Shown here: positions 30,240-41,199 of the stretch, piece after piece
How the letters are laid out: the number at the start of each line of letters is the position of its first letter
How positions within the stretch are numbered: the first letter of the stretch is position 1
Source: the human T2T-CHM13v2.0 reference genome, Homo sapiens
Reading direction: 5' to 3' (one strand)
Assembly: GCF_009914755.1 (NCBI RefSeq)
Contig: NC_060928.1
Length of the DNA stretch: 64,000 bases
Made by a program: the position numbers and the translations under genes
The notes under the pieces: model-generated
What the model was told of the DNA's origin: nothing
The model's input: only the letters and a program-made list of their open reading frames with translations
The model's database searches: none

Positions 30240-31310
30240 TCTTATGTGTTATTTACCAGTGTTATAACGTGTGCTGTGCTAGGCACTTGTGAAACTGTGT
30301 TGATTAACAGCAAATCCTTCCTCTCAAAGAAGTCACCATCTAGTGAGGAAACTAACCCACAACAAGAATATGTGTCATAGGCTATGGAAGATAGTCTATG
30401 TGGGATGTTGAATTCTCAAAAGGCTTATTTTAAGGGTTCATTTCTTGAAAGAGGACTGGCATTTGCTCCTGCTAGACATTTAAAGGAACTCTAGTTCAGA
30501 AATATTTTACATAATTTCCTAATTTAGAATTTCTAAGTAATGCAGATCCTCTTTCCAACTGGTGTGATGGTTAATATGTAGTTAAGAACTTTTAGAGAAA
30601 ATTTTAAAGCTTTTTAAAGTGGGATGTGCATAGAATATGGAAGATAATAGTGCCTGCGGGAAAGCAGAAAACAAAAGCTTTAGTGAATGGAGGTGGTCTT
30701 TGAGCTAAGTATTTCAAACTGAGAAGGAATTTTTCTCTTGGAGAGACAGGGAAAGGCATTCTAGGCCAGGGGAATGTTATAAAGAAAAGTATATGAGTCA
30801 TCATTTGTAATTGTATGGCATACTTGGGCTTTAGTGAGCAAACTTATATGAGGAGGGTAGGAGATGTTTGAGAAGTAAGCACAAAAAAATTGAGACTAAA
30901 TTTAGTTGAGGATCAGAGGTCTCATATATGAGTTTAAAACTTCATCCTGAAAGCAGTAAGCTTTCACAGCAGAGCAAGTGAAGCAGAGCAAGCCATGATC
31001 TTATTTCTCTTTAAGAAGAGTAATATGGAATACTAAGGGTTCTCACGCTGAAGACCAATTTGAAAGCAGTTATGGTGGATCTAGGAGACATAAAGTGGTC
31101 TGAGGTCAGGCAGAAGACAGTGAGGATGGAAATAAGGGGACTAATTTGGAAGATATTCACAGGTGGAAATGACAGGACTGGATAAGTGATTATAAATGAA
31201 AGATAAGAAACAGAGTGGGGCTTAAAGAAAATTTCTGTATTGGATGGCACATTTAACTGACAGAGAGATCACAAAAGCATTAGAAGAAGATGAATTTGTT
31301 TTTAATTCTG
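30240..31310 (-). mobile_element. LINE-2 3' region, interrupted by the 205-bp insertion
   Basis: gtgctgtgctaggcactt, tccttcctctcaaagaagtcaccatctagtgagg, ggaggtggtctttgagct, gggaaaggcattctaggccagggga are typical antisense L2 motifs. Confidence 0.8.
30405..30609 (+). repeat. 205-bp direct repeat, copy B (inserted copy)
   Basis: Copy of 28704-28908, bracketed by gtgggatgt at 30400-30408 and 30619-30627. Confidence 0.97.
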
Positions 31311-31872
31311 TACAAGGAAAACTTCAGCAAAGATAGGTCAAGTCAGCACACAGGCTTCGCCCTTTGAAGCCTCGAACCCTGTGCAGCCCAGGCTTGGCAC
31401 TCCCCTGTTTTTCCTCAGAGCAGGCCCCAGGGACTCTTCCCACTCCCTGCTCAAAGCTGCCAATTCCAAGTCTGTCCCCGGAGGGTCCTCTCCTCTCCAG
31501 CCTTCCTGCACAAAGTAGCTGTCTTTCTAGCTTCCTCCGTCCTCCAGTCCCCAAAGACAGGTACACATGACATTTTCTTTAAAAATTATTATTAATCACT
31601 ACAGGGAAACAGAGAAAAGCAAGAATAACAAACATAGAGGAATTGCAAAGCTTAAGAAATCTTACAGATTTCTTTTCTCTTACTGAGAGTATGACAAAGA
31701 GCCTGTCTCTGCTCCCCTTTGCTTTGTTAAACCTTTTTTCCTAAGGATAGAGTTCAACAATCTCCCCAAGCTTCATCTGGGCCAATCCTTTCAGAAGAGA
31801 ACATGCTGATTCCTTTCTCAGAAAAGCCCCCCTTTTTTAAGCAGCTGGCCTGAATTCCCCCATATCTCCACA

Positions 31873-32170
31873 TTAGTTCAATACCTAGTGAGCCCTTGCT
31901 GTCCTCCTGACACTGTGTTAGACCCTGGGAATACAGTGGTGAAAATGACACAGTTCCTGCCCTGGAGCCTGATCCAATAGTGGGTGGAAGAATTTGAATA
32001 CATATGCATTAATACGCAGTGTCCTTTTCCCACGTGAATATTGTATTCAGGTAACTTCCATGGGGGCAGAGATTTTTTAAAAAATAAGTTTTGTTTACTG
32101 CTGTATTCTCATCACCAAGAATAGGGCTTGGCACATAGCTGATGCACAACACATATGCTTTGAATCATGA
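31873..32170. mobile_element. Two short L2 3'-end fragments in opposite orientations
   Basis: cactgtgttagaccctgggaatacagtggtgaa...cctgccctggagc (minus) and ttccatgggggcagagatt...gcttggcacatag...tgaat (plus). Confidence 0.7.
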
Positions 32171-32522
32171 AATGTACTCTGCTAAAAACGGAAAAGTCTT
32201 CAAACATTTCTTCATAGAAGAAAGGCTCCCTTTTATGATTGAGGTATTCAAGAATAGTCCTATAGAAATGATATTCTTCATATTCATAAAACTATGATGA
32301 AAAAAGAAATTCACGTATTGAAATTTATTTTACTTCATTTGCAACTTCACTTCTGTGAAGTGCACTAAAAATATCAGGCAGTGAGTTGCACTAATATTAT
32401 CCTGCCTGTTTCAGGCCCTAAATATGGGGGGTGGATGGGAGAGGGAGGGAAAAATAATATAAAGACTTCGAGACATCACCAAGCTTCTTATATAGGGATT
32501 CAGTCTGTTTGGGGTCCAAAGT

Positions 32523-33076
32523 TGTCTCAGATTGCATTTTCCCACAGTATCTACCAGCACATACAGTCTTCTTTCATTGTGATTTTGACATTGCTCCTGT
32601 TGAAATGTGAGGTCTTAGTTCCCTCTTTTTCAATCTGGATGGTCTTGTGACTGTGACTAAAATGATGCTACATGACTTCTGAGGCAAGTCCATAAAAGCG
32701 ACATAGGTTCTGCTGATTTCCTTGAGGCACTCACCTTTGGAGCCCTGAGACACCATATGAGCAATCTGTCTTCAAGTCGCTATGCTGTGAGAAAGTTCAA
32801 ACTAGCTTACATGGGGAGATCACAAGAAGAGAACAGACATAAAATTATTTGAAGAAATGAAAAGTTCATACAGCTCCCAGCTCCTTCAGCTCCCTGTTGT
32901 TCTAGCACCAGGGCCCTTCTGACACCAATCAAACAAGATGGAGCCAGAAATGCCCAGCTGAGCCCTTCCCAACTGTCCAACTTACAAAAATCTTGAAATA
33001 TAATGAGATAATTGTTATTGTTTTAAGTCTCTATGATTTCCAGTGATTTGTGACACAGCTGTAGATATCTGGAACA
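32523..33076 (+). mobile_element. MLT1G-like MaLR solo LTR
   Basis: gatgctacatgacttctgaggc, tgcccagctgagcccttccc, ttgttattgttttaagtc, end gtagatatctggaaca. Confidence 0.8.
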
Positions 33077-33171
33077 AAAGCAAATGCTGATTCATTTTAC
33101 TTGATCCTAGAAGGAAGTATTGTTGTTTCCCAGTTGTTCCTTATTGTGGTTTCAACAATACTCACATATCG

Positions 33172-33258
33172 TTTCTTTCTCTTTTTTGTTCTCTTTTTTC
33201 CTTTTCTTCTCTTCTTCTCTTTTTTTTCCTTTTCTTTTTTTTCCCCTTTTTTCTTTTT
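33172..33258. repeat. T/C-rich low-complexity tract
   Basis: About 87 nt, almost all pyrimidine. Confidence 0.9.
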
Positions 33259-33717
33259 GAGGAATTTTCTTTCAATCTGAGGAAAGGTCAGAGTTTGTCT
33301 TGGTCTTTGTCTTGGTGCAGGAATAAATCAAAGTACCAAGAATAAGAAATACAAGCCTCTCCCAGGACTTTAAATCTTGGAAAGAGTAAAACAATTACCA
33401 AAATAAATTTTAAAATAGAACTTGATTCATCTCAGCTATCATGATGAGATTATTACTCAATGTTCTCTAGATCCTTGGCACTGTTCTGGCTCTTATCCTA
33501 TTCTAAAACTACTTTTGTGAACTCTCCTACAATCTTATGCAAATTCCTTTTCTGTATAAGTTATCCACCATGAGTTTGATATACATTCTTAGATAATCCA
33601 AGTCAAATTTTGAGTTTTTATTTCCAAACTGATCAATCTACACAAGTAATAATAACAAACTGATGTTGACTCTCCACTTATTACTGGAGAGAGATTATTT
33701 TGGTCCTTGACACCTTT

Positions 33718-34157
33718 TGCTATGGTTTGCATGTGGTTCATCCCCACCAAAACTTATGTTGAAATTTGATCCCCAATGTGGCAGTGTAGGCTGGTAGGAC
33801 TTAGTATTACAGTGTTTAGATCCTGGAGGGTAGATCCCTCATTAATAGATTAATGCCCTTTCAAGGTGGTGAGTGAGCTCTTCTCTTACAGAAGTGGATG
33901 AGTTTCCATGAGACCCAGTTTTTGAAAGGAGTCTGACTTCCTCAGTTTCTCTCTCTTGCTTCTTCTCTTGCCATGTGATCTATTTTCACATGCTCTTTCC
34001 TCTTTCACTTTCTCCCATGAGTTGAACCAACGTGAGATGCAGCTGCACAATCTTGAGCCTTACAGTCACCAGCATTGTGAGCCAAATAAACCTCTTTTCT
34101 TTAGAAATTACCCAGCCTCAAGTATACTGTTATAGCAACACTGTATGGACTAAGATG
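33718..34157 (+). mobile_element. MST (B-like) MaLR solo LTR
   Basis: tgctatggtttg...ccccaccaaaacttatgttgaaatttgatcccc ... gagccaaataaacctcttttc...tggactaagat. Confidence 0.88.
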
Positions 34158-34369
34158 ACATTTTTACATTTGATATTCCCCAGCCAAATTGATGTTCAGG
34201 GCTTGCTAAAGGCAGAAATTCTTATTCTTCTCTCTTTTTTATACCATAGGTATTTAATATACTTATGTTTACAAATGAATATTCCTCATGGAAAATTATG
34301 GAAAATTGTGATAAACAAAATAGAGAAGAAAAGGGAAAGAAGAAATACAGTTTTTCCATATTACTAAGA

Positions 34370-34800
34370 ACACAGAGTTAAAACAATGCCCAATTTGAAA
34401 TAATTTATGTAAGTAAGAAATGATCTGACTCATGAAACCAAATCGCATCCAGAGCAAGGATGATTCCATTCTCAGGGATGACTGGATCTAGGGATTCAAC
34501 ATGTCAAGATTTTTCTCCACATTTTCATCTCTGCTTATCTATGTGAGAAAATTGTACTTTATCCTACATCACAAGAGCTTCCTTAGACAGCTTAGGGGGT
34601 GGAAAGATTTAACCACAGACAATTTTAGTCTGAGTGTAGCATCAGTGCTCACAGATGACCTCCCAGGAAAGAAATACCTCATCCAGCTGACTCTGTCTTT
34701 ATTTGGCAGCTGTAATCTTCAAAGGTCTTGCAAATTCCAAGTGTGAAACAACTTGACCAACCCATGTAAACTAGTTGGCACAAGGCAGTCAGTTCCATTC
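34370..34800 (-). mobile_element. Old MLT1J/K-like LTR fragment
   Basis: ggatgactggatctagggattcaacatgtcaaga and catctctgctt motifs. Confidence 0.45.
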
Positions 34801-35267
34801 CCCTCAGCCACTCCCACTGCACTGTTAGTCAGGTGTTTGACTCTTAGATAATCTTCATAATCCTCAACCTCATTTCTACTGCCATGAAAAAATGACCCCT
34901 TGATAACCCTCAGAACTAAATTTTCATTCGATAGTGAAGCTAACGATTGATTCCTGTCATTCTGGGTCTCTTAATTGTTTTCAAATCTTGGTGAGAGATA
35001 GATAATTACAATATATTTTGATTCTCTAAACCCCCAACAGCTATAATAGAAGACTTGTGTCCTTCTCAAGTTGGAGATATTCTGGTAACTTGAATATTCG
35101 AGATATTCGAATGAAAATTTAGACTGGAGAACCAGGCTTTGATTTGCAAGCAAATATGGTTCTATAGTTCTCTATTCCATGCTCACCCTCTCATATCCCC
35201 TCTTGTCGTAGATTTTGGGTCAGCCTCTCTGAGGGATAGTATGTGCCTACAAAATTAATGTAAAGTT

Positions 35268-35582
35268 GCCTGGGCATGGTGACTTATGCCTGTAATTCCA
35301 GAAATGTGGGAGGCTCAGGCGGGTAGATCATCTGAGGTCAGGAATTCGAGACCAGCCTGGCCAACATGGCAAAACCCCTTCTCTACTAAAAATACAAAAA
35401 TTAGCTGGGCATAGTGGTGTGCACCTGTAGTCCAAGCTACTCGGGAGGCTGAGGCAAGAGAATCACTTGAACCTGGGAGGTAGAGGTGAGCTGAGATCAT
35501 AACACTGCACTCCAGCATGGGCAACAGAGTGAGAGACTCTGTCTCAAAAAATAAATAAATAAATAAATAAGAAAGAGTAAAA
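35268..35582 (+). mobile_element. AluSx-like
   Basis: Dimer with gatcatctgaggtcagga; (AAAT)n tail; TSD core atgtaaagtt at 35258-35267 and 35590-35599. Confidence 0.95.
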
Positions 35583-36132
35583 AATTTCCATGTAAAGTTT
35601 GGGGGGAATAAGAAGAACAATTCCACCGTTCTTTAGTCATTTAATGGATTATCTTACTATGTAAAGAAATGTGGACCTGTGAGTATTTCTATTCCAGAGG
35701 AAAAGGCTGAAAATATAGAGAAGAAATAAGAGGCAGAAATATCATTCTTGTGGTGATAACTCCATCTAAAATATGAAGACAGTGGCGTAAGCAGTTCCTC
35801 CCACCCAGCATACTCCTGGCTACCACAAGTGCAATGAAGATGGATGGGAGTAGTAGTCTAGAATAGTCAAGTGATTTCTCTTCAGCCTCAGGTGAATCTG
35901 TGTTCTTTCCAGGTCAAATTCAGAGCCTTGAAGTTTCCACACTCTGGCAATCAGCAATCCCATCATGTGTCACTCTCCATCCTACCTCAGGTACCACCTA
36001 AGTCTCCCTCACCCAGAAGCTGTTTCCCTTCCTGCTCTCTGTCCCTACATCTGAACTCATCACCGTGTCCTATTAAGCCCTGTCACACTGATCCTGGGCA
36101 GTGGCAATCCACCGTCAACAAAATATACCAAC

Positions 36133-36192
36133 TATCCTCAAATTTTTCTCTGAATGGTCTAAAATATCCTCACATTTTTCTCTGAATGGTCT
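36133..36192. repeat. 28-bp direct duplication with a 4-bp spacer
   Basis: tatcctca[a/c]atttttctctgaatggtct at 36133-36160 and 36165-36192. Confidence 0.95.
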
Positions 36193-36588
36193 CATCCCTT
36201 TCTTTCTCTAACTGAAATATGTGCCCCCTGAGAACTCTGATTCCCAGTTTCTCTCTACCAGACTAGATGTCTCACAATTTCATCCTCATTGTAACTGGTT
36301 AATGGGTTTTTTTACCCTCCTAGCCCCGATTGCTTCTTTCAAACAGTTTTCTTTCTTCAAAGACCTCAATTTCTTTAAGGTGTGTGTAATGAGATGTCAT
36401 CATTTACTTCTGCTTTTTGGTGTTGCTAGTTATCATTTCAGTCCTTTCTTCTCATTTATGGATGACTGTGTATATCCTTTTTCAATACCACTCTGGTCCT
36501 CATTTTTAAAAATTCTCAATATAAATAGAACAGATTTAACCAACATGCTGGCCTCTCACATCTTGGTCCTTGATTCCAAAAACTTCTG

Positions 36589-36667
36589 TTAGGTTGTGCA
36601 AAAGTGATTGCTGGTTTTGCCATTAATTTTAATGGCAAAAACTGCAGTTACCTTTGTACAAACCTAA
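36589..36667. mobile_element. MADE1 (Hsmar1-derived MITE), palindromic
   Basis: ttaggttgtgcaaaagtgattgctggttttgccattaattttaatggcaaaaactgcagttacctttgtacaaacctaa followed by TA. Confidence 0.95.
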
Positions 36668-36987
36668 TACTTCCACATTACTTTAGCCTCTCATATGTTC
36701 TACTCTGATATTACACCAATAACTGTACCTGTATAACCCCACATTTGTCTTACCCTTAATTTGACCAAGCTCTTCTTTCCAATTCATCTTCTCCGAATGC
36801 TCACTTCAGAAGCTACCTAGTATCATTGAATTTTCTAATCCATAACCCTGTAATATTTGTCCTGTCTATTACCTCCTTTCCGTTATCACTTCTGTCCAAG
36901 TTTAGCCTCCCTTTCATAGTCTGACATCATAATCCCTTTTTTAAAACACCCAATTTCCTTTTTCCTATTTAGAATTTTTGTAATCCC

Positions 36988-37564
36988 TATGTTATGTTTT
37001 TCTATGCTATGTAACAGGTTACCAAAAACCTAATGGCTTAAAACAATACTCATTCATAGCTAATGGCTTAAAACAATACCCATTCATTATCTCAGAGCTT
37101 CTATAGGTCAGAAGTCTGAACATTAGCTAGATTCTATGCTCAGGGTATGACAAGACTGAAATCAAGTTATTGGCCAGCCCATGTTCTTTTCTGGAGGCTG
37201 GGTTAGAGAAGGAACCACTTCCAGGCTCCATTAGGTTGTTGGCAGAGTACTTTTTTGTGTGGTTGTAGAGTTTATGAAGCTCACCCCATCAAAGCCATCA
37301 AAAGAGAGAAAGTGTGTCTCTGTTGCATTAAGTATCTATCTTTAGGAAAGACTTGAGCCCTCTTTAAAAGAGCTCAACTGATTAGGTCAGGCCCACCAAG
37401 GATTACCTCCCTTTTGATTAATACAAATTTAAATAGTTAGGGACCTTACCTAGATATCTGCAAAATCCCTTCACTTTTTCCATATTCTATTAGTTAGAAG
37501 TAAGCCAAGATGAGAGAATTAAACATTTGGCTCACTGGGAATTAATTTAGGGTATATCTACACA
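36988..37564 (-). mobile_element. MLT1E-like MaLR solo LTR
   Basis: atggcttaaaacaa, ttctatgctcagggt, acttccaggctccattaggttgttggcaga, ctgattaggtcaggcccacc, atctgcaaaatcccttcac. Confidence 0.8.
37030..37087. repeat. 30-bp tandem duplication within the MLT1 LTR
   Basis: ctaatggcttaaaacaatac[t/c]cattcat occurs twice. Confidence 0.95.
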
Positions 37565-38975
37565 ATCTTAGCAAAACCTGAATCCTGGTTCACATTAGTT
37601 TAAATCCAACTTTCTGCTAACTCTGTACCTATATCCAAACATACCTATATTATACATAATATAAAAAGTGCATGTTTCTCTGATTGGCTACTTTTCAAAG
37701 ACATGACAACAAATCTTGAATGGGTATTTAATACAGAGAATATTTATCTAGAAAGATCACTTTCACTTACAGAAATGATTTTTTATATTCTCAAAACCCC
37801 AAATCCTCTCACTTTTCACCCTTAGCTGTTGACTATTCCTTATAATTAATAGGGAACTACTCATCCTTCTATTATCAAGTCTACCAGCTCCCCATCATCT
37901 GCATGTATTCTGCCTTCCATTCTTTGTCTATTTCTAGTCAGTGAAAAACCTCTCTATTTGTATCAGGAATGTCTCCCCTGTGGATCACTTCATCGAAGAA
38001 TTTATTATCTGCTGGATTTATCTCTTTTGCTCATCAATTTATCCCTCTTCTTTAAAAATTACCTGTCTTAAAACACAATCTCCAAGAACAATCTCTTTAG
38101 TTTTTCTATAAATGTAAAATTATTCCAAAATAAAAAGATTGTGACTATAATAACAAAATTATCTTTGTCTACAGATCTCCTCTGGTTGCCTTTGAATTCA
38201 CCCCTTAAGAGTTGTCTCTCTTTGCTCACTGTGCATGGTCACCTCTCATTCTCTCCTCACCTCTCCCAATTGGACTTTCATCGTCTTATTAAGAATATCA
38301 TTGACTTTTCTTCTTACTCTAGTCAATATTCAATAATTCTGAGTAGTCTCATAATTATCTCCCATTAATCACTCATAATTTTCTTCCATTAATTGCTTCC
38401 TTCTTGAATGTATTTTTCTCTGGGATTCAATGGCACCGTATGCAACTGTTTTTTCTTATATTTTACTGTTTTCTCTTTCTCAGTCTTTTTTTTGCTGGCT
38501 CTTCTAAGTGATGGCCCTGAGTTTTCTACCTCCACTTTTCCCTAGGTAACTTCATCAGTTCCATGACTTTAAATATAATAAATATCATAATGATATGTCT
38601 GTCACAGGACTTTCCCCAGGGATACAGACACAACGTCCCACTTATTATATATCATCTTCCATGAATCTTTAAAAGACATATCAAATTTCACATGATCAAA
38701 ACAGAAGTAGTTTTTTCCCTCCAAAATTGACTCTTTCCAAGATGTTTTCTAGTTCACTCAATGATAAGGCTATTCACTCAGTTGCTTAGTTCAAAAACTT
38801 ACAAGACTCATCTCTTTTTTTTTTTCTTTTATCCTCCATATTCAAGCCACTTGGCTCTTAATCAAAAATATATTTTAAATATAATTACTCCTTTGATGGT
38901 CTTTCCTTGATTACACCTAGTAAAGCAGCACTGTACTTCCTTTCATTCTTTTAACCTAAAATGGTTGCCGGGGGC

Positions 38976-39377
38976 TTCATTTGGGCTGCTATAATATTGA
39001 GTAATTTATAAACAGAATTTTAAGATTTGTCTCTTAAATTCTTAAAACAGAATTTTGCATTGGGATTAAATAAACAAAAATGTGCTTCTCACAGTTCTAG
39101 AGGCTGGGAGCTCCACAACCAAGGCGCCAGGAGATTTAATGCCTGGTGAGGGCTCTATGTTTACTTAATATATGGCACCTTATTGCTATACTCTTATGTG
39201 GCCAAAGGTATGGAAGTCTTCCTCAAGCCTTTTATGTAAGTGCAATTAGTCCCATTTATAAGGGCAGAGGCTTTATGACCTAATCACCTCCTAAAAGTCC
39301 CAATTTCTAATACGACCACAATGAGGATTCAGTTTCAGTGTGAATTTTAAAGGGACATGAACATTCAGACAACAGCA
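38976..39377 (-). mobile_element. MLT1A-like MaLR solo LTR
   Basis: catttgggctgctataa...tctcacagttctagaggctggga...gacctaatcacctcctaaaag...acattcagacaacagca; ggggc on both flanks (38971-38975, 39378-39382). Confidence 0.88.
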
Positions 39378-39964
39378 GGGGCTTTTCTGCATTACATTCT
39401 TCCTTTTTACAAATCTTGTGGAAGAATGTGAGAAAATTTTTTTCTCAAGCAGAGTATATAAATTCTTTAATTTTGTTGAATAACATGCTGACTTCTTTTA
39501 CTGAATCTTAGATTCCTATAAAATTAAATTAATAACTATGCTTGGATAACAAATGTAAACCAGAACAGGTTAATGTACACTTGGTCATATGCTCACTCTA
39601 ATTATAGTCAATGTCATATGCTAACTTTCATCTTGCAAATAGTATATTTTGCAGTGCTTTAGCAAAATGCCCTCCTGTTTTTTTTCTTTTCTGGTTTCTC
39701 CTTGAAAAGCTTTTTTGTCCATATGTTAAATATTAGGTTTTTTGAAGTTTTGCTCTAAGCTTTTCTCACATAGCATCTTTTCTCTCTGGTTAATCCAATC
39801 TACTCTAATGGCATCATTTATCATCTATGTGCTAATAATACCAAACCTTTATCTCCATCCTACATAATACCCATAAACTCCAAATACATGCCAGTGTGTG
39901 CAAATACATGTTGGATATTGAGAAATGAATGCTCAAAAGACACCTCAATAATATCTCATACTTT

Positions 39965-40655
39965 GAGTATTCACAATATACTAAGTACTATTCTGAAATA
40001 TTTACATGTATTATCTTAATTTTAATAATAATTCTATGAGTTTAGTAATGTTATAATTATATTAATATTGTCCAGAAAACATAACCAATATTATATGGAG
40101 AGATACATATATAATAAACACACACATATACATATGCATATATAAAGATATTTATTTTAAGGAATTGACTCATTAGATCATGTAGGTTGACAAGTCCTAA
40201 ATCTGCAAGGTGAGTCTCAAAGAACAGCTGATGCTGCAGTTCAGTTCCAGAGGCCATCAGGCTGCAGATGCAAAGAAGAGCCAGTGTTTGCCACAGAATA
40301 CTCTTTCTTTTGGTGGAGGTCAGTTTTTGGTTCTATTCAGGCCTTCCACTGATTTGATGAGGCCCACCCACATATGGAGGGCAACCTACTTTCCTCAAAG
40401 ATCACCAGTGTAAGTGTTAATTTTTTAAATGCCCTCAGACAAATATCCAGAAAGATGTTTGACCAATTTTCTAGTCACTGTGGCCCAGTCAAGTGGACAT
40501 GTAAAATTAACCTTTCCAATTATCTAACAACATTCTAAATATGAAGAAATAAAGATATGTAGAGATGATTCACCAAAGATCACTCAGCTAATAAATGGTG
40601 GAATCAGGATTTCAAACTAGGCACTCTGAATTTGGAGCCCATTCTCTTCACTCTC
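39965..40655 (-). mobile_element. MIR split by an MLT2 LTR, itself lying within L2 fragments (~39700-41030)
   Basis: tttacatgtattatcttaatt...attctatgag before the LTR; atgaagaaataaag...gatcactcagctaataaatggtggaatcaggatttcaaactaggc after it. Confidence 0.7.
40058..40518 (-). mobile_element. MLT2 (B/C-like) ERVL solo LTR
   Basis: tttattttaaggaattgactca, ttctattcaggccttccactgatttgatgaggcccacccac, tggcccagtcaagtggacatgtaaaattaacc. Confidence 0.88.
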
Positions 40656-41199
40656 ATTATTTCAAATATATCACCTCCAACACTGAACTCATTGTAAATC
40701 TCGGTCTCTGTCTGTGTCCAGTATGTCATTGAAAAGAGTGATGTTGCTCATTATGCAAGTGGCTTAACTAGAGGTCACCTTTAATTACTCCCTCATATTC
40801 AATCAATTCATCAAATTCAATAAATTCCTATTGTTCTGCCACCTAAATACATCTCTGCAACAAATTTCCACAACCAGTACCTTAATTGGAAGTTCTATTT
40901 TTCCTCATCACCATCTCTTCCATATGCAGCATTGCAGCCAGAAACACCTAATCTCCGTCTCTAATTTCATGACTTTGTATATATTATTTCCTCTGACCTA
41001 GAAAATATCCCCACTTCTCTGCTTCTGGACAATCACGTGTGCATATTCACACATACACTGACACCACCTACCTAAATCCCAGTGTTTGAATAGACCTTAG
41101 ATAAGAAATTACTTTTCTCCAGCATTATTAATTGATATAATAAGAGCTAGTAAATTGGTCTCTTTAAGGGATTTCCCATCCTCATAATCAGTGCATATT

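Larger units (their letters stand above)
35870..38950 (+). mobile_element. Long LINE-2 fragment (ORF2 region), interrupted by MADE1 and MLT1E
   Basis: C/T-rich L2 sense composition; ctttctctaactgaaat (~36200; reads LSLTE, compare endonuclease LALTETW); ccctaggtaacttcatcagttccatgactttaaata; caaatttcacatgatcaaaacagaa. Confidence 0.7.
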
